A stretch of 43,567 bases of DNA from an uncultured Anaerolineales bacterium (GTDB lineage: Bacteria; Chloroflexota; Anaerolineae; UBA3071). The stretch spans positions 1-43,567 of the forward strand of contig CBDURC010000001.1 in assembly GCA_965369635.1 (NCBI GenBank), written 5' to 3'. The notes below the pieces were generated by a model. It searched no databases, was not told the DNA's origin, and saw only the letters and a list, made by a program, of their open reading frames with translations. Below, piece after piece: positions 27,865 through 35,349 of the stretch; the stretch's first letter is position 1; each line of letters begins with the position of its first letter. A program made the translations under genes and the position numbers.

Positions 27865-29292
27865 CTAGTGCACTGCCAGCACTGGTTCCGCTTCATGCGC
27901 CCAGTCATCGGGAGGTAGAGCATCGGCCAACGTTTCCCGCACCTCTCCGACAACGAAAATGGACCCCGTGGCGCAAACGAGATCCCTTGGCATTGCCCAG
28001 GCCAGGCTTTGCTCCACCGCTCCAGCCACGCTCTTGCTGACTGTCAGGAGCTGTCCGGCCTTCAACAGAGAGGCGGCTTGCTGCGCCAGTTGATGCGGAT
28101 CGGCCGCCCGGGGGTGACGAGCCTGGGTGGTGATCACGTAGTCGCTCAGGGGCAGCAGCGTCTTCAGCATGGTCTGAGTGTCCTTGTCCTCAGAAGCACC
28201 GAAAACCAGTGCCATGCGCTCGTGAGGGAACCATTCGCCCAGCGCCGCCGCTAGCTTGGCCACGGAATCGGGGTTGTGGGCGCTGTCCACCACGACAAGG
28301 GGGTGCTGTTGAAGTGTCTCCAGCCGACCGGGCCAGCGCGTCTGGGCCAAACCTTCGCGAACCGCTGAATCGGGGATCTCGATCCCGCGTCGGCGCAGTG
28401 TCGCCATGAGTGCCACGGCCATCGTGGCGTTGAGCAGTTGGTGCTGGCCGAGGAAGGGGATCCGCAACTTCTCGTGAGCAACCGGCGGATGTTGGTCACC
28501 TGTCTGTCTGTGCACGTGTAGCGTCTGCCCTGTGACGTCAGCCGTCACCCGTTCCCAACTCCAATCTCGCCCGACGAGGATCAGTTCGGCCTGGCGCTCG
28601 CGGCAGACAGCTTCGACGACCTGCATTGCCTCTGGCGGCTGCGGCGCACACACCAGCGGCACGCCCGGCTTGATAATCCCCGCCTTCTCGCCAGCGATGA
28701 GTGCCAACGTGTCGCCCAGGAGATAGGTGTGGTCCAGGCTCAAGGAGGTGATGGCAGTGATTTCAGGCAGGACGACGTTAGTGGCATCGAGCCGGCCGCC
28801 CAGGCCCGTTTCCAGGACCGCCCACTCCACCTCCTGTTGCGCGAAGTGCAGGAAGCCCAGGGCGGTGATGATCTCGAAGGTGGTGATTCCCTCCACAGCC
28901 TCGATGGCCGGGCGGCAATGCTCCACCAGCGTCACTACCTCCTCCCGAGACAGCAACTGGCCGTCGACGCGGATGCGCTCGCGGAAGGTGTGCAGGTGAG
29001 GCGAGGTGTACAGCCCCGTACGGAAACCTGCAGCACGCAGGATCGCCTCGCTCATCGCTGCTGTTGAGCCCTTGCCTTTGGTGCCGGCGATGTGCACGGA
29101 ACGGAAACGGCGGTGCGGCTCACCCAACAGGGCCAGCAGCCGTTTCATGCGGCTCAAATCGAGAGTCGCTGCATCATAGGTGAAGCGAGATTGCTTCTCA
29201 TAATCGACATAATCGAAAATGAAGTCGAGAGCCTGCTGATAGGACAGCGTCATCTGGGAATCGCAGTCTCCATTGGGAAGATTGAGTGTCAT
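27865..29292 (-). CDS. folC: Bifunctional folylpolyglutamate synthase / dihydrofolate synthase
   Basis: The Mur-ligase P-loop HIAGTKGKGSTAAM is present and the layout is FolC-like overall. The true start may be the second Met (29253, MTLSYQQALDFI). Confidence 0.88.
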   Translation of the reverse strand: MTLNLPNGDCDSQMTLSYQQALDFIFDYVDYEKQSRFTYDAATLDLSRMKRLLALLGEPHRRFRSVHIAGTKGKGSTAAMSEAILRAAGFRTGLYTSPHLHTFRERIRVDGQLLSREEVVTLVEHCRPAIEAVEGITTFEIITALGFLHFAQQEVEWAVLETGLGGRLDATNVVLPEITAITSLSLDHTYLLGDTLALIAGEKAGIIKPGVPLVCAPQPPEAMQVVEAVCRERQAELILVGRDWSWERVTADVTGQTLHVHRQTGDQHPPVAHEKLRIPFLGQHQLLNATMAVALMATLRRRGIEIPDSAVREGLAQTRWPGRLETLQQHPLVVVDSAHNPDSVAKLAAALGEWFPHERMALVFGASEDKDTQTMLKTLLPLSDYVITTQARHPRAADPHQLAQQAASLLKAGQLLTVSKSVAGAVEQSLAWAMPRDLVCATGSIFVVGEVRETLADALPPDDWAHEAEPVLAVH

Positions 29293-29304
29293 TGTTCAAA
29301 GCAC

Positions 29305-29332
29305 ATTGTAACGCAAATGAGGCAAAAGGCAA
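29305..29332 (-). promoter_or_regulatory. Candidate promoter for folC-lon
   Basis: The minus strand reads TTGCCT-16 nt-TACAAT. The -10 ends 12 nt before ATG 29292, so the mRNA would be near-leaderless unless the start is 29253. Confidence 0.35.
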
Positions 29333-29362
29333 AATAGGACAAATCAGGTCACTTCTCATCGC

Positions 29363-29391
29363 TTGCCAAAAACCGCTTCTGGTGGCATAAT
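29363..29391 (+). promoter_or_regulatory. Sigma-70 promoter with extended -10 for the GT-C-like membrane protein gene
   Basis: TTGCCA-17 nt-(gTGg)CATAAT. AAGGTGG lies 5 nt upstream of ATG 29414. Confidence 0.55.
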
Positions 29392-29413
29392 CTGCCTGTC
29401 CAAGGTGGAACCC

Positions 29414-32224
29414 ATGAGTCGAAATCTGGAACACTCGCCCATGCATCCTGCCAAGCTGCCAGTCCGTCGCCATGTGCTCGTGCTGGCTGCCTACATGGTG
29501 CTCGGACTGATTCTGACCTATCCCCTTGTGCTGCGCTTCGGCACGCACGTGCCTGGCGATGGCATTGACGACCCCGCGCTGATCTGGAACCTATGGTGGG
29601 TGAAGTTTGCCCTGGTGGACCGCCAGGTCAATCCCTTCGCCTGTGGCTGGATGTTCCACCCCCTTGGCATCAACTTGGCTTTCTACACCCTCACCATTCT
29701 CAACGGGTTGCTATCCGTTCCGCTGCAGATGGCTCTGGGCCTCGTGCCTGCGTCCAACCTGCTGTTGCTGTCCTCCTTCGTCCTCAGCGGTTATGGCGCG
29801 TACCTGCTAGTGCAATTCACGCTGGGCTGCCGGAGCCGAAGCACAAAGCCTGCCGCACAGCGGACTTCGGGTACCTTGTACGCAATCTCTCGCCTCCTGC
29901 CCTCTTTCCTTGCTGGTCTGATCTATGCTTTCTCGTCGTCCAAGCTCTTCTACGCTAGTCTGGGTCAGTTCAACATCGCCAGCTCGCAGTGGATACCCTT
30001 TGCGGTGCTGTACGTACTGCGCGCCGGCCGGGATCGCAGAATGCGCAGTGCGGGGCTTGCCGCCTTGTTCCTGCTTCTCCAAGCCTATGCCGAGCTGACC
30101 TTTGCTTCCTTCCTGTTCATCTTCGTCGCCCTCTACGCCGTCTACGAACTCGTCCGCAAGGCTGCAGTCAGACACGCGCCGCGCATTGCTCACGATGAAT
30201 TGCCTGCCTCGCTATTCCTCCGCAACATGGCTGTGATCGCTGTCATCTTCGCCCTCGGCATCACGCCCTACCTTGCCAACATGCTGCCTGACCTGCGAGT
30301 GGAGGGGGACTTCTTCACATCCGGCGGCGGCTTTGCCGACGTTTTCTCGGCCGATCTGGCCGGCTACTTGCGGCCCACGCAACTGCACCCACTGTTCGGA
30401 CGGCTGGCTGCTGCACTTCCATTTCCACACGACAAGGGACAGCACCTCTACCTGGGTTACAGTGTGATGCTGCTGGTGGCCTTGGGGCTGTGGCAAGGGC
30501 GGCGCTCGCCAACGGCGCGCTTCTGGGGGCTTTCCGCACTCATCTTCTGGTTGCTGACCTTGGGTCCAACGGTGCGCATCAGCGGCCGCGATACGGGGAC
30601 ACCAGGCCCCTTCGCACTCATCGCTGAGCTTCCTTTTCTCAAGGGGAATCGCTATCCCAGCCGCTACAGTGTGATGCTTGTCCTCTCCTGCGCTGTGCTG
30701 GCTGGCTCTGGTCTGTCCTTGCTGTTCCGGGGCAAAGCAGGGAGAAGGAGGAGAATGCGGGGAATGCGAGGGACCAAGGAAGTGAGGCGAGCTTCTTCCG
30801 TCACTATGGCGTCTGCGCTCGCTGTCCTTGTTCCTGCCCTATTCCTGTTCGAGCACCTCAGTATCCCCTTGCCTCTGTCGGACATGCGCGTGCCGGCGAT
30901 CTATGAACACATCGCCGCTGAGTCGAGCGACTTCGCTGTGCTGGAACTACCTCTGGGCTGGCGCAATGGGGCGCGGGTGCTGGGCAAGCAGGACGTGATC
31001 ATCATGTTCGAGCAGTGGTACCAAGCCTCCCACGGCAAGCGGCTGTTGGGTGGGAATACCTCTCGCAACCCGGAGTTCAAGTTCCAATACTTCGCCCAGG
31101 CACCGTTGCTCAGCAGCCTGATCGGTGTACAGAACGGCCACGAGATTCCGGCGGAAGTGAAGGCGGAGGACCAAGCGCTGGCCGCTGAGGTGTTGCGCTT
31201 CCTCGGCGTCCGCTACGTGGTCGTCCACGACTCCCAAGCCAGTCCGGCACTGCTGGCCTATGCGGAGGGAGCCATGCCCTTGGAGCGGGTGGCCGAGGAG
31301 GAAGGTATCCGCCTGTACCGTGTAGCGCTGCTCCCTGAAATGGAGCAGAAGATCGACCTCAGTACGGCGCTGGGGCGTATGCACCTGGGGGAAGGATGGA
31401 GCCCGGTCGTCGATGTTGTGCAAGAGGAAGCCGCCGTCTGGGCGCAGCGGCGCCAGGCGCGGCTGCTCGCCGCGCTCACGGGCGACGAGCAGCGGCTGTG
31501 TTTCCGCGCCTGGGCTCCGCAATCGGGGCAGTCGGTCGAAGTGTGGGTGCGAGGCCGCCGGTGGGCGAGCCTTGACCTGGCCGCTGGCTGGGGTGACTAT
31601 GAGGTCAACCTGCCAGCAGGGGCTGTGCAACCGGGGCTCAACGATTTCCGGCTGCGTTTCGCACGGCTCTATCCGCTGACAGACGTCACGATACCGGGCG
31701 AAAGCAGCACTGAAGTTGCAGGACAGATGATCGCTCCGCCGATCATTGTCCAGAGCGCTGGCTTGGAAACTGGCGGTAATGACCTCGGCCGCATCTACGT
31801 GGACGGACGCGACCTTTCGCCCAACCGCCGGGGCTACAATGTCGTGGCTCTCAACTCTGCAGGAGATGTGCTGGGGAGCGAGAGTTTCGACACGCATCTG
31901 GACTCGGCAGCCTCGAAACGGTTGGCTGATTTCATCGCCGAGTTGCCAGAAGGGAGCATCGTTGCTGCGGCCGTCGCCGATGAGGCATCCATGAACCTGG
32001 GTGAAGACGCGGTGGTTGCCTTGCGGAGCATCGGCGCGACCGGCGATTTGCGGGGCAAGTTCCGCTGGGGCCATGCCATCATTGGCGTCAAGGGGGCATC
32101 TCCAGGGCAGGCATTGGAGGCGCTCGGTGTGTTGCGACCGGTCGCTGTACACGTCGGTACCGCCGCGACGGAGCCTGCAGTGGCTGCAGCTTTCGCTCAC
32201 TTCGAGTTTGGCGTCCTCCCGTAG
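29414..32224 (+). CDS. Large polytopic membrane protein (GT-C-like N-terminal half) with a C-terminal ILEI/FAM3-like domain
   Basis: At least 12 predicted TM helices. The first extracytoplasmic loop is HVPGDGIDDPALIWNLWWV (acidic, DxD-like). The C-terminal ~160 aa reads IIVQSAGLETGGNDLGRIYVDGRDLSPNRRGYNVVALNSAGDVLGSESFDTHLDSAASKRLADFIAELPEGSIVAAAVADEASMNLGEDAVVALRSIGA and resembles the interleukin-like EMT inducer fold family. Confidence 0.75.
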   Translation: MSRNLEHSPMHPAKLPVRRHVLVLAAYMVLGLILTYPLVLRFGTHVPGDGIDDPALIWNLWWVKFALVDRQVNPFACGWMFHPLGINLAFYTLTILNGLLSVPLQMALGLVPASNLLLLSSFVLSGYGAYLLVQFTLGCRSRSTKPAAQRTSGTLYAISRLLPSFLAGLIYAFSSSKLFYASLGQFNIASSQWIPFAVLYVLRAGRDRRMRSAGLAALFLLLQAYAELTFASFLFIFVALYAVYELVRKAAVRHAPRIAHDELPASLFLRNMAVIAVIFALGITPYLANMLPDLRVEGDFFTSGGGFADVFSADLAGYLRPTQLHPLFGRLAAALPFPHDKGQHLYLGYSVMLLVALGLWQGRRSPTARFWGLSALIFWLLTLGPTVRISGRDTGTPGPFALIAELPFLKGNRYPSRYSVMLVLSCAVLAGSGLSLLFRGKAGRRRRMRGMRGTKEVRRASSVTMASALAVLVPALFLFEHLSIPLPLSDMRVPAIYEHIAAESSDFAVLELPLGWRNGARVLGKQDVIIMFEQWYQASHGKRLLGGNTSRNPEFKFQYFAQAPLLSSLIGVQNGHEIPAEVKAEDQALAAEVLRFLGVRYVVVHDSQASPALLAYAEGAMPLERVAEEEGIRLYRVALLPEMEQKIDLSTALGRMHLGEGWSPVVDVVQEEAAVWAQRRQARLLAALTGDEQRLCFRAWAPQSGQSVEVWVRGRRWASLDLAAGWGDYEVNLPAGAVQPGLNDFRLRFARLYPLTDVTIPGESSTEVAGQMIAPPIIVQSAGLETGGNDLGRIYVDGRDLSPNRRGYNVVALNSAGDVLGSESFDTHLDSAASKRLADFIAELPEGSIVAAAVADEASMNLGEDAVVALRSIGATGDLRGKFRWGHAIIGVKGASPGQALEALGVLRPVAVHVGTAATEPAVAAAFAHFEFGVLP

Positions 32225-32251
32225 AGCCTGTGTGATGCCGGTCGCACCAGA

Positions 32252-32280
32252 TTGCGTTTTATGGCTCTGTGTGCTATTAT
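32252..32280 (+). promoter_or_regulatory. Candidate promoter with extended -10, upstream of the palindrome-filled leader
   Basis: TTGCGT-17 nt-(gTGc)TATTAT. The predicted transcript would carry about 300 nt of repeats before the oxidoreductase start. Confidence 0.4.
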
Positions 32281-32310
32281 CGGACCTAACTGGACATTGG
32301 CGATTCTAAT

Positions 32311-32367
32311 CGTAGTGACGGCTTCGGTCATCCGAAGGGGCGAAAGCGGACTGAAGTCGCTACTACG
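32311..32367. repeat. Palindromic intergenic repeat, family A (copy 2, inverted relative to copy 1)
   Basis: CGTAGTGACGGCTTCGGTCatccgaaggggcgaaagcGGACTGAAGTCGCTACTACG. Its reverse complement matches 14116-14142 with one indel. Confidence 0.7.
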
Positions 32368-32428
32368 AACCCCGTATCCTGTGGTTCGTCGGTGGTCATT
32401 CTCTGATGACTGTACAGATTGAAAGCAG

Positions 32429-32560
32429 GTAGCTACTCAGCCTCCCTCTGTCATTGCGAGGAACGGAGCGTAGCGGAGTGACGAAGCAATCTCCCCGACG
32501 CGCATGGGGATTGCTTCGTCGCAAGAGACGCTCCTCGCAATGACATGGGCTGGTAGTTAC
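32429..32560. repeat. Palindromic intergenic repeat, family B (132-nt imperfect hairpin)
   Basis: The core is GTCATTGCGAGGAacgGAGCGTagcggagtGACGAAGCAATCtCC-ccgacgcgcatg-GGgGATTGCTTCGTCgcaagaGACGCTCCTCGCAATGAC (32450-32544). An outer stem is GTAGCTACTCAGCC / GGCTGGTAGTTAC. Translated, it gives the CHCEER...RRSNP...GDCF...PRND peptide seen in track ORF 32396..32656. Confidence 0.75.
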
Positions 32561-32591
32561 GAAAGCAGAGAACAGGAAGTTGGAGGCGGAG

Positions 32592-33617
32592 TTGAGTAAT
32601 CCCATCCGGGTGGGCCTGGTAGGCTGCGGATACTGGGGGCCGAATCTGGCTCGCAATCTACACCAGATCCCTCAAACGGAGTTGGCGGCCTGTTGTGACC
32701 CGGACCCGCGGGCGCTGAGCAAGATGCGGATGCTCTACCCGCACGCGATCGCCACGCCTGAACACCGTGATCTGTTCACTGATCCGGACATCGAGGCTGT
32801 GGTCATTGCCACCCCTGCTCGGACCCACTACGCTCTGGCTCGCGAGGCATTGGAGGCGGGCAAGCATGTCCTGGTAGAGAAGCCACTGGCCATGGGCAGC
32901 CACCAAGCCGAGGCGTTGATCGCCCTGGCCGATGAGCGTCGGCGCGTGCTCATGGTCGGCCACATCTTTGAGTACCACCCGGCGGTGCGGAAGATCAAAT
33001 CGCTGATTGACGAAGGAGAGCTAGGCCAGGTCTACTACATCTACTCGACCCGGGTCAACCTGGGGCGAGTGCAGAGCGACATCAATGCGCTCTGGAGCAT
33101 CGCTCCTCACGACATTTCCATCCTGATCTATCTGTTGGGCACAATGCCGCAATCAGTCAGCGCCCGAGGAGGCACCTTCCTCAACGGTATGGTGGAGGAT
33201 GTGGTTTTTCTCGTGCTGAGCTTTCCCGACGGGATGCTGGGACATGTGCATGCCAGTTGGCTTGACCCCAGCAAAGTGCGGCGCATGACGGTGGTTGGCA
33301 GCCGCCGCATGGCGGTCTATGATGACGTGGCCGACGAGGGCAAGATCAAGATCTACGACAAAGGAGTGTACCGCAAGGGAGAGGACATCTACGGGGAGTT
33401 TCAGTATCGCGTGCATTCTGGCGACATTGCCATCCCCAGGCTGGACATGGCAGAGCCTCTGCGTATCGAGTGTGTGCACTTCGCCGAATGCGTGCGGCAA
33501 GGCCGCCGTCCGCAGACAGACGGCGCCAACGGTCTGCGGGTGGTGCGGGTGTTGGAGGCAGCGCAGGCCTCGCTGGAACAAGGAGGGACCACCATATCAT
33601 TGACAGTGACAGTGTAG
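32592..33617 (+). CDS. Gfo/Idh/MocA family NAD-dependent sugar-nucleotide oxidoreductase (WbpB/WlbA-like)
   Basis: The Rossmann N-terminus is IRVGLVGCGYWGPNLARNL. An EKPLA motif follows (VLVEKPLAMGSHQAEAL). I chose TTG 32592 with GGAGG upstream. The track ORF starts at TTG 32580. Confidence 0.85.
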   Translation: MSNPIRVGLVGCGYWGPNLARNLHQIPQTELAACCDPDPRALSKMRMLYPHAIATPEHRDLFTDPDIEAVVIATPARTHYALAREALEAGKHVLVEKPLAMGSHQAEALIALADERRRVLMVGHIFEYHPAVRKIKSLIDEGELGQVYYIYSTRVNLGRVQSDINALWSIAPHDISILIYLLGTMPQSVSARGGTFLNGMVEDVVFLVLSFPDGMLGHVHASWLDPSKVRRMTVVGSRRMAVYDDVADEGKIKIYDKGVYRKGEDIYGEFQYRVHSGDIAIPRLDMAEPLRIECVHFAECVRQGRRPQTDGANGLRVVRVLEAAQASLEQGGTTISLTVTV

Positions 33618-33631
33618 CGAGGCCACACGAA

Positions 33632-33670
33632 AGGCCCGCGTAGCTTGTCGCGTCAGCGGGCCTCTATTCG
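33632..33670 (+). terminator. Hairpin downstream of the oxidoreductase gene
   Basis: AGGCCCGC-16 nt-GCGGGCCT is followed by CTATTCG, a weak T-tract. Confidence 0.35.
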
Positions 33671-33835
33671 CCGGACAAGTGCTCCCTGCGCGCCGACAGC
33701 TTCTCGGCTGAGTTTCTGGAAGCCGGTGCTTTCCTACCGTCCTGGCAGGGTCAAGGGACGAGTGGCAGCAGGAGCAGGTGCAACGGGCTTCGACTCAACA
33801 GTCTGCGCAGAGGTTGGCTTCGTGGTAGGCGCGGT

Positions 33836-34489
33836 CTAGTGACCAGGGATGATCAGCCAGGCCCCTGCCCGTATGAAGTCGTTTGACAGCCCGTTGGCCC
33901 GTCTGAGGGCTGCGACGCTGGTATTGCACCGGAGCGCGATCTTCAGCAGCGTATCCCCTGGTCGTATGAGGTACTTGCCGGCGCGCAGGTGGCAAGACAA
34001 CGTCCCCACCTTGGGTTGGGTGCTGGTGCAGGGTATCTTCAACCGCAGTCCGGGCCAGATGACAGTGCCCATCAGCCCGTTGGCTTGCTGGATGCCTTGC
34101 ACTGTCACGCCATACTGTGCGGCGATCTTGCCAAGGTATTCTCCCAGGCGTACCACGTGGATGGCACACGCGCTGCCGGTGTATGCAGTGCTCGCGCTGC
34201 TGGTGTACGCAGTGCCCGCGCTGCTGCTTCCAGACGGAATTGTCAGGCGCTGCCCAAAGTAGATGCGATTGGCATCGCTGATGCCATTGGCTTGCATGAT
34301 GGCAGATATGCTGACTCCGTAGAGCGCGGCAATGCTGGTCAGGTTCTCTCCCCTCTTGACCACGTGGATCCTCACCCCCGCGGCAGCAGGGGTTGCCACA
34401 GCCGCGATGGGACTCGATAGGAGCAGCAGAGCGGTGACGAGAAGGGCGACGACGAGTACTGATTTCCTGTAGGTGGTTCTGTGTTTCAT
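33836..34489 (-). CDS. Secreted protein with three LysM peptidoglycan-binding domains
   Basis: The signal peptide is MKHRTTYRKSVLVVALLVTALLLLSSPIAAVA. LysM units begin HVVKRGENLTSIAALYGVS, HVVRLGEYLGKIAAQYGVT and IRPGDTLLKIALRCNTS. AGGAGA lies 6 nt upstream of ATG 34489. Confidence 0.8.
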   Translation of the reverse strand: MKHRTTYRKSVLVVALLVTALLLLSSPIAAVATPAAAGVRIHVVKRGENLTSIAALYGVSISAIMQANGISDANRIYFGQRLTIPSGSSSAGTAYTSSASTAYTGSACAIHVVRLGEYLGKIAAQYGVTVQGIQQANGLMGTVIWPGLRLKIPCTSTQPKVGTLSCHLRAGKYLIRPGDTLLKIALRCNTSVAALRRANGLSNDFIRAGAWLIIPGH

Positions 34490-34600
34490 CGTAGGTCTCC
34501 TGGTGAAATCCGCTGGTGTGTGCGCCGCTGTGCTCGACTCGACGACAGAAGTACCAGCTAGATACCGCCCGAGAGAAAGAAGTCCTCTCCCTCTCATGCC

Positions 34601-34629
34601 ATTATAGCACGTCTGCGCGAATTTGTCAA
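34601..34629 (-). promoter_or_regulatory. Consensus sigma-70 promoter for the 3xLysM gene
   Basis: The minus strand reads TTGACA-17 nt-(gTGc)TATAAT. Both hexamers are perfect and the extended -10 is present. The 5' UTR would be about 105 nt. Confidence 0.7.
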
Positions 34630-34709
34630 GTTCCTGGTGTTGATAACTTTTTGATCATTGCTGCGATTCCGGGGAGTAGATTCCTGCGGAAGAGATAGGA
34701 TTCTAGTGC

Positions 34710-35345
34710 ATGCAAACGACTCACGTTATCTATCCCAACGTCCACATCGGTCACAGTGTGCAAATCGGTGATTTTGTGATTCTGGGGCATCCCCCCCGAG
34801 GGGCAGCGCCCGGCGAGTTGCCCCTGGTGATCGGTGACAACTGCATCATCCGTTCCCACACGGTCATCTATGCTGGCAGCAGGCTGGGCCACAACGTGCA
34901 AACCGGGCATGGCGTGACCATCCGTGAGCACTCCACAATAGGCAATGACGTGAGCATCGGTAGCAGAACGGCTATCGAGCACTACGTCACGGTCGGGAAC
35001 AACGTGCGTTTCCACGGTCATAATCTGATCAGTGAGCATACGGTGATTGAAGATGACTGCTGGGTTGGCCCTCATACCTGCATCACCAACGTGCTGCATC
35101 CTCGCTGCCGAAGGGCCAAGGAGTGTGTCAAGGGGGCAACGCTCAAGCGGGGGGCTAAGGTGGGAGGCAACACCACTCTTGCTCCCGATGTCACCATTGG
35201 TGAGATGGCTCTGGTAGGTGCGGGCTCTGTGGTCCTGGAAGATGTCCCCCCGCGAATGGTGGTTGTGGGCAACCCCGCGCGGGTGATCAAGCGGATTGAA
35301 GAACTGGAGTGTCCATACGGGCTGATGGAGCACCCGTACGAGTGA
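34710..35345 (+). CDS. Left-handed beta-helix (hexapeptide-repeat) sugar N-acetyltransferase (WbpD/WlbB-like)
   Basis: Hexapeptide periodicity runs throughout (IGHSVQIGDFVILG, IGDNCIIRSHTVIY, IGNDVSIGSRTAI, VGNNVRF). The C-terminus has VGAGSVVLEDVPPRMVVVGNPARVI. Confidence 0.85.
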   Translation: MQTTHVIYPNVHIGHSVQIGDFVILGHPPRGAAPGELPLVIGDNCIIRSHTVIYAGSRLGHNVQTGHGVTIREHSTIGNDVSIGSRTAIEHYVTVGNNVRFHGHNLISEHTVIEDDCWVGPHTCITNVLHPRCRRAKECVKGATLKRGAKVGGNTTLAPDVTIGEMALVGAGSVVLEDVPPRMVVVGNPARVIKRIEELECPYGLMEHPYE

Positions 35346-35349
35346 GAGA

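Noticed and set aside
30947-32200. 417-aa minus-strand ORF opposite the GT-C-like / ILEI gene
   Set aside because: It is a shadow ORF with Arg/Pro/His-rich composition. The plus frame has coherent TM helices, a promoter and an RBS.
32396-32656. 86-aa minus-strand ORF containing CHCEER...RRSNP...GDCF...PRND
   Set aside because: It is the conceptual translation of the family-B palindromic repeat and also overlaps the oxidoreductase start. I treat it as a DNA/RNA repeat, not a gene.
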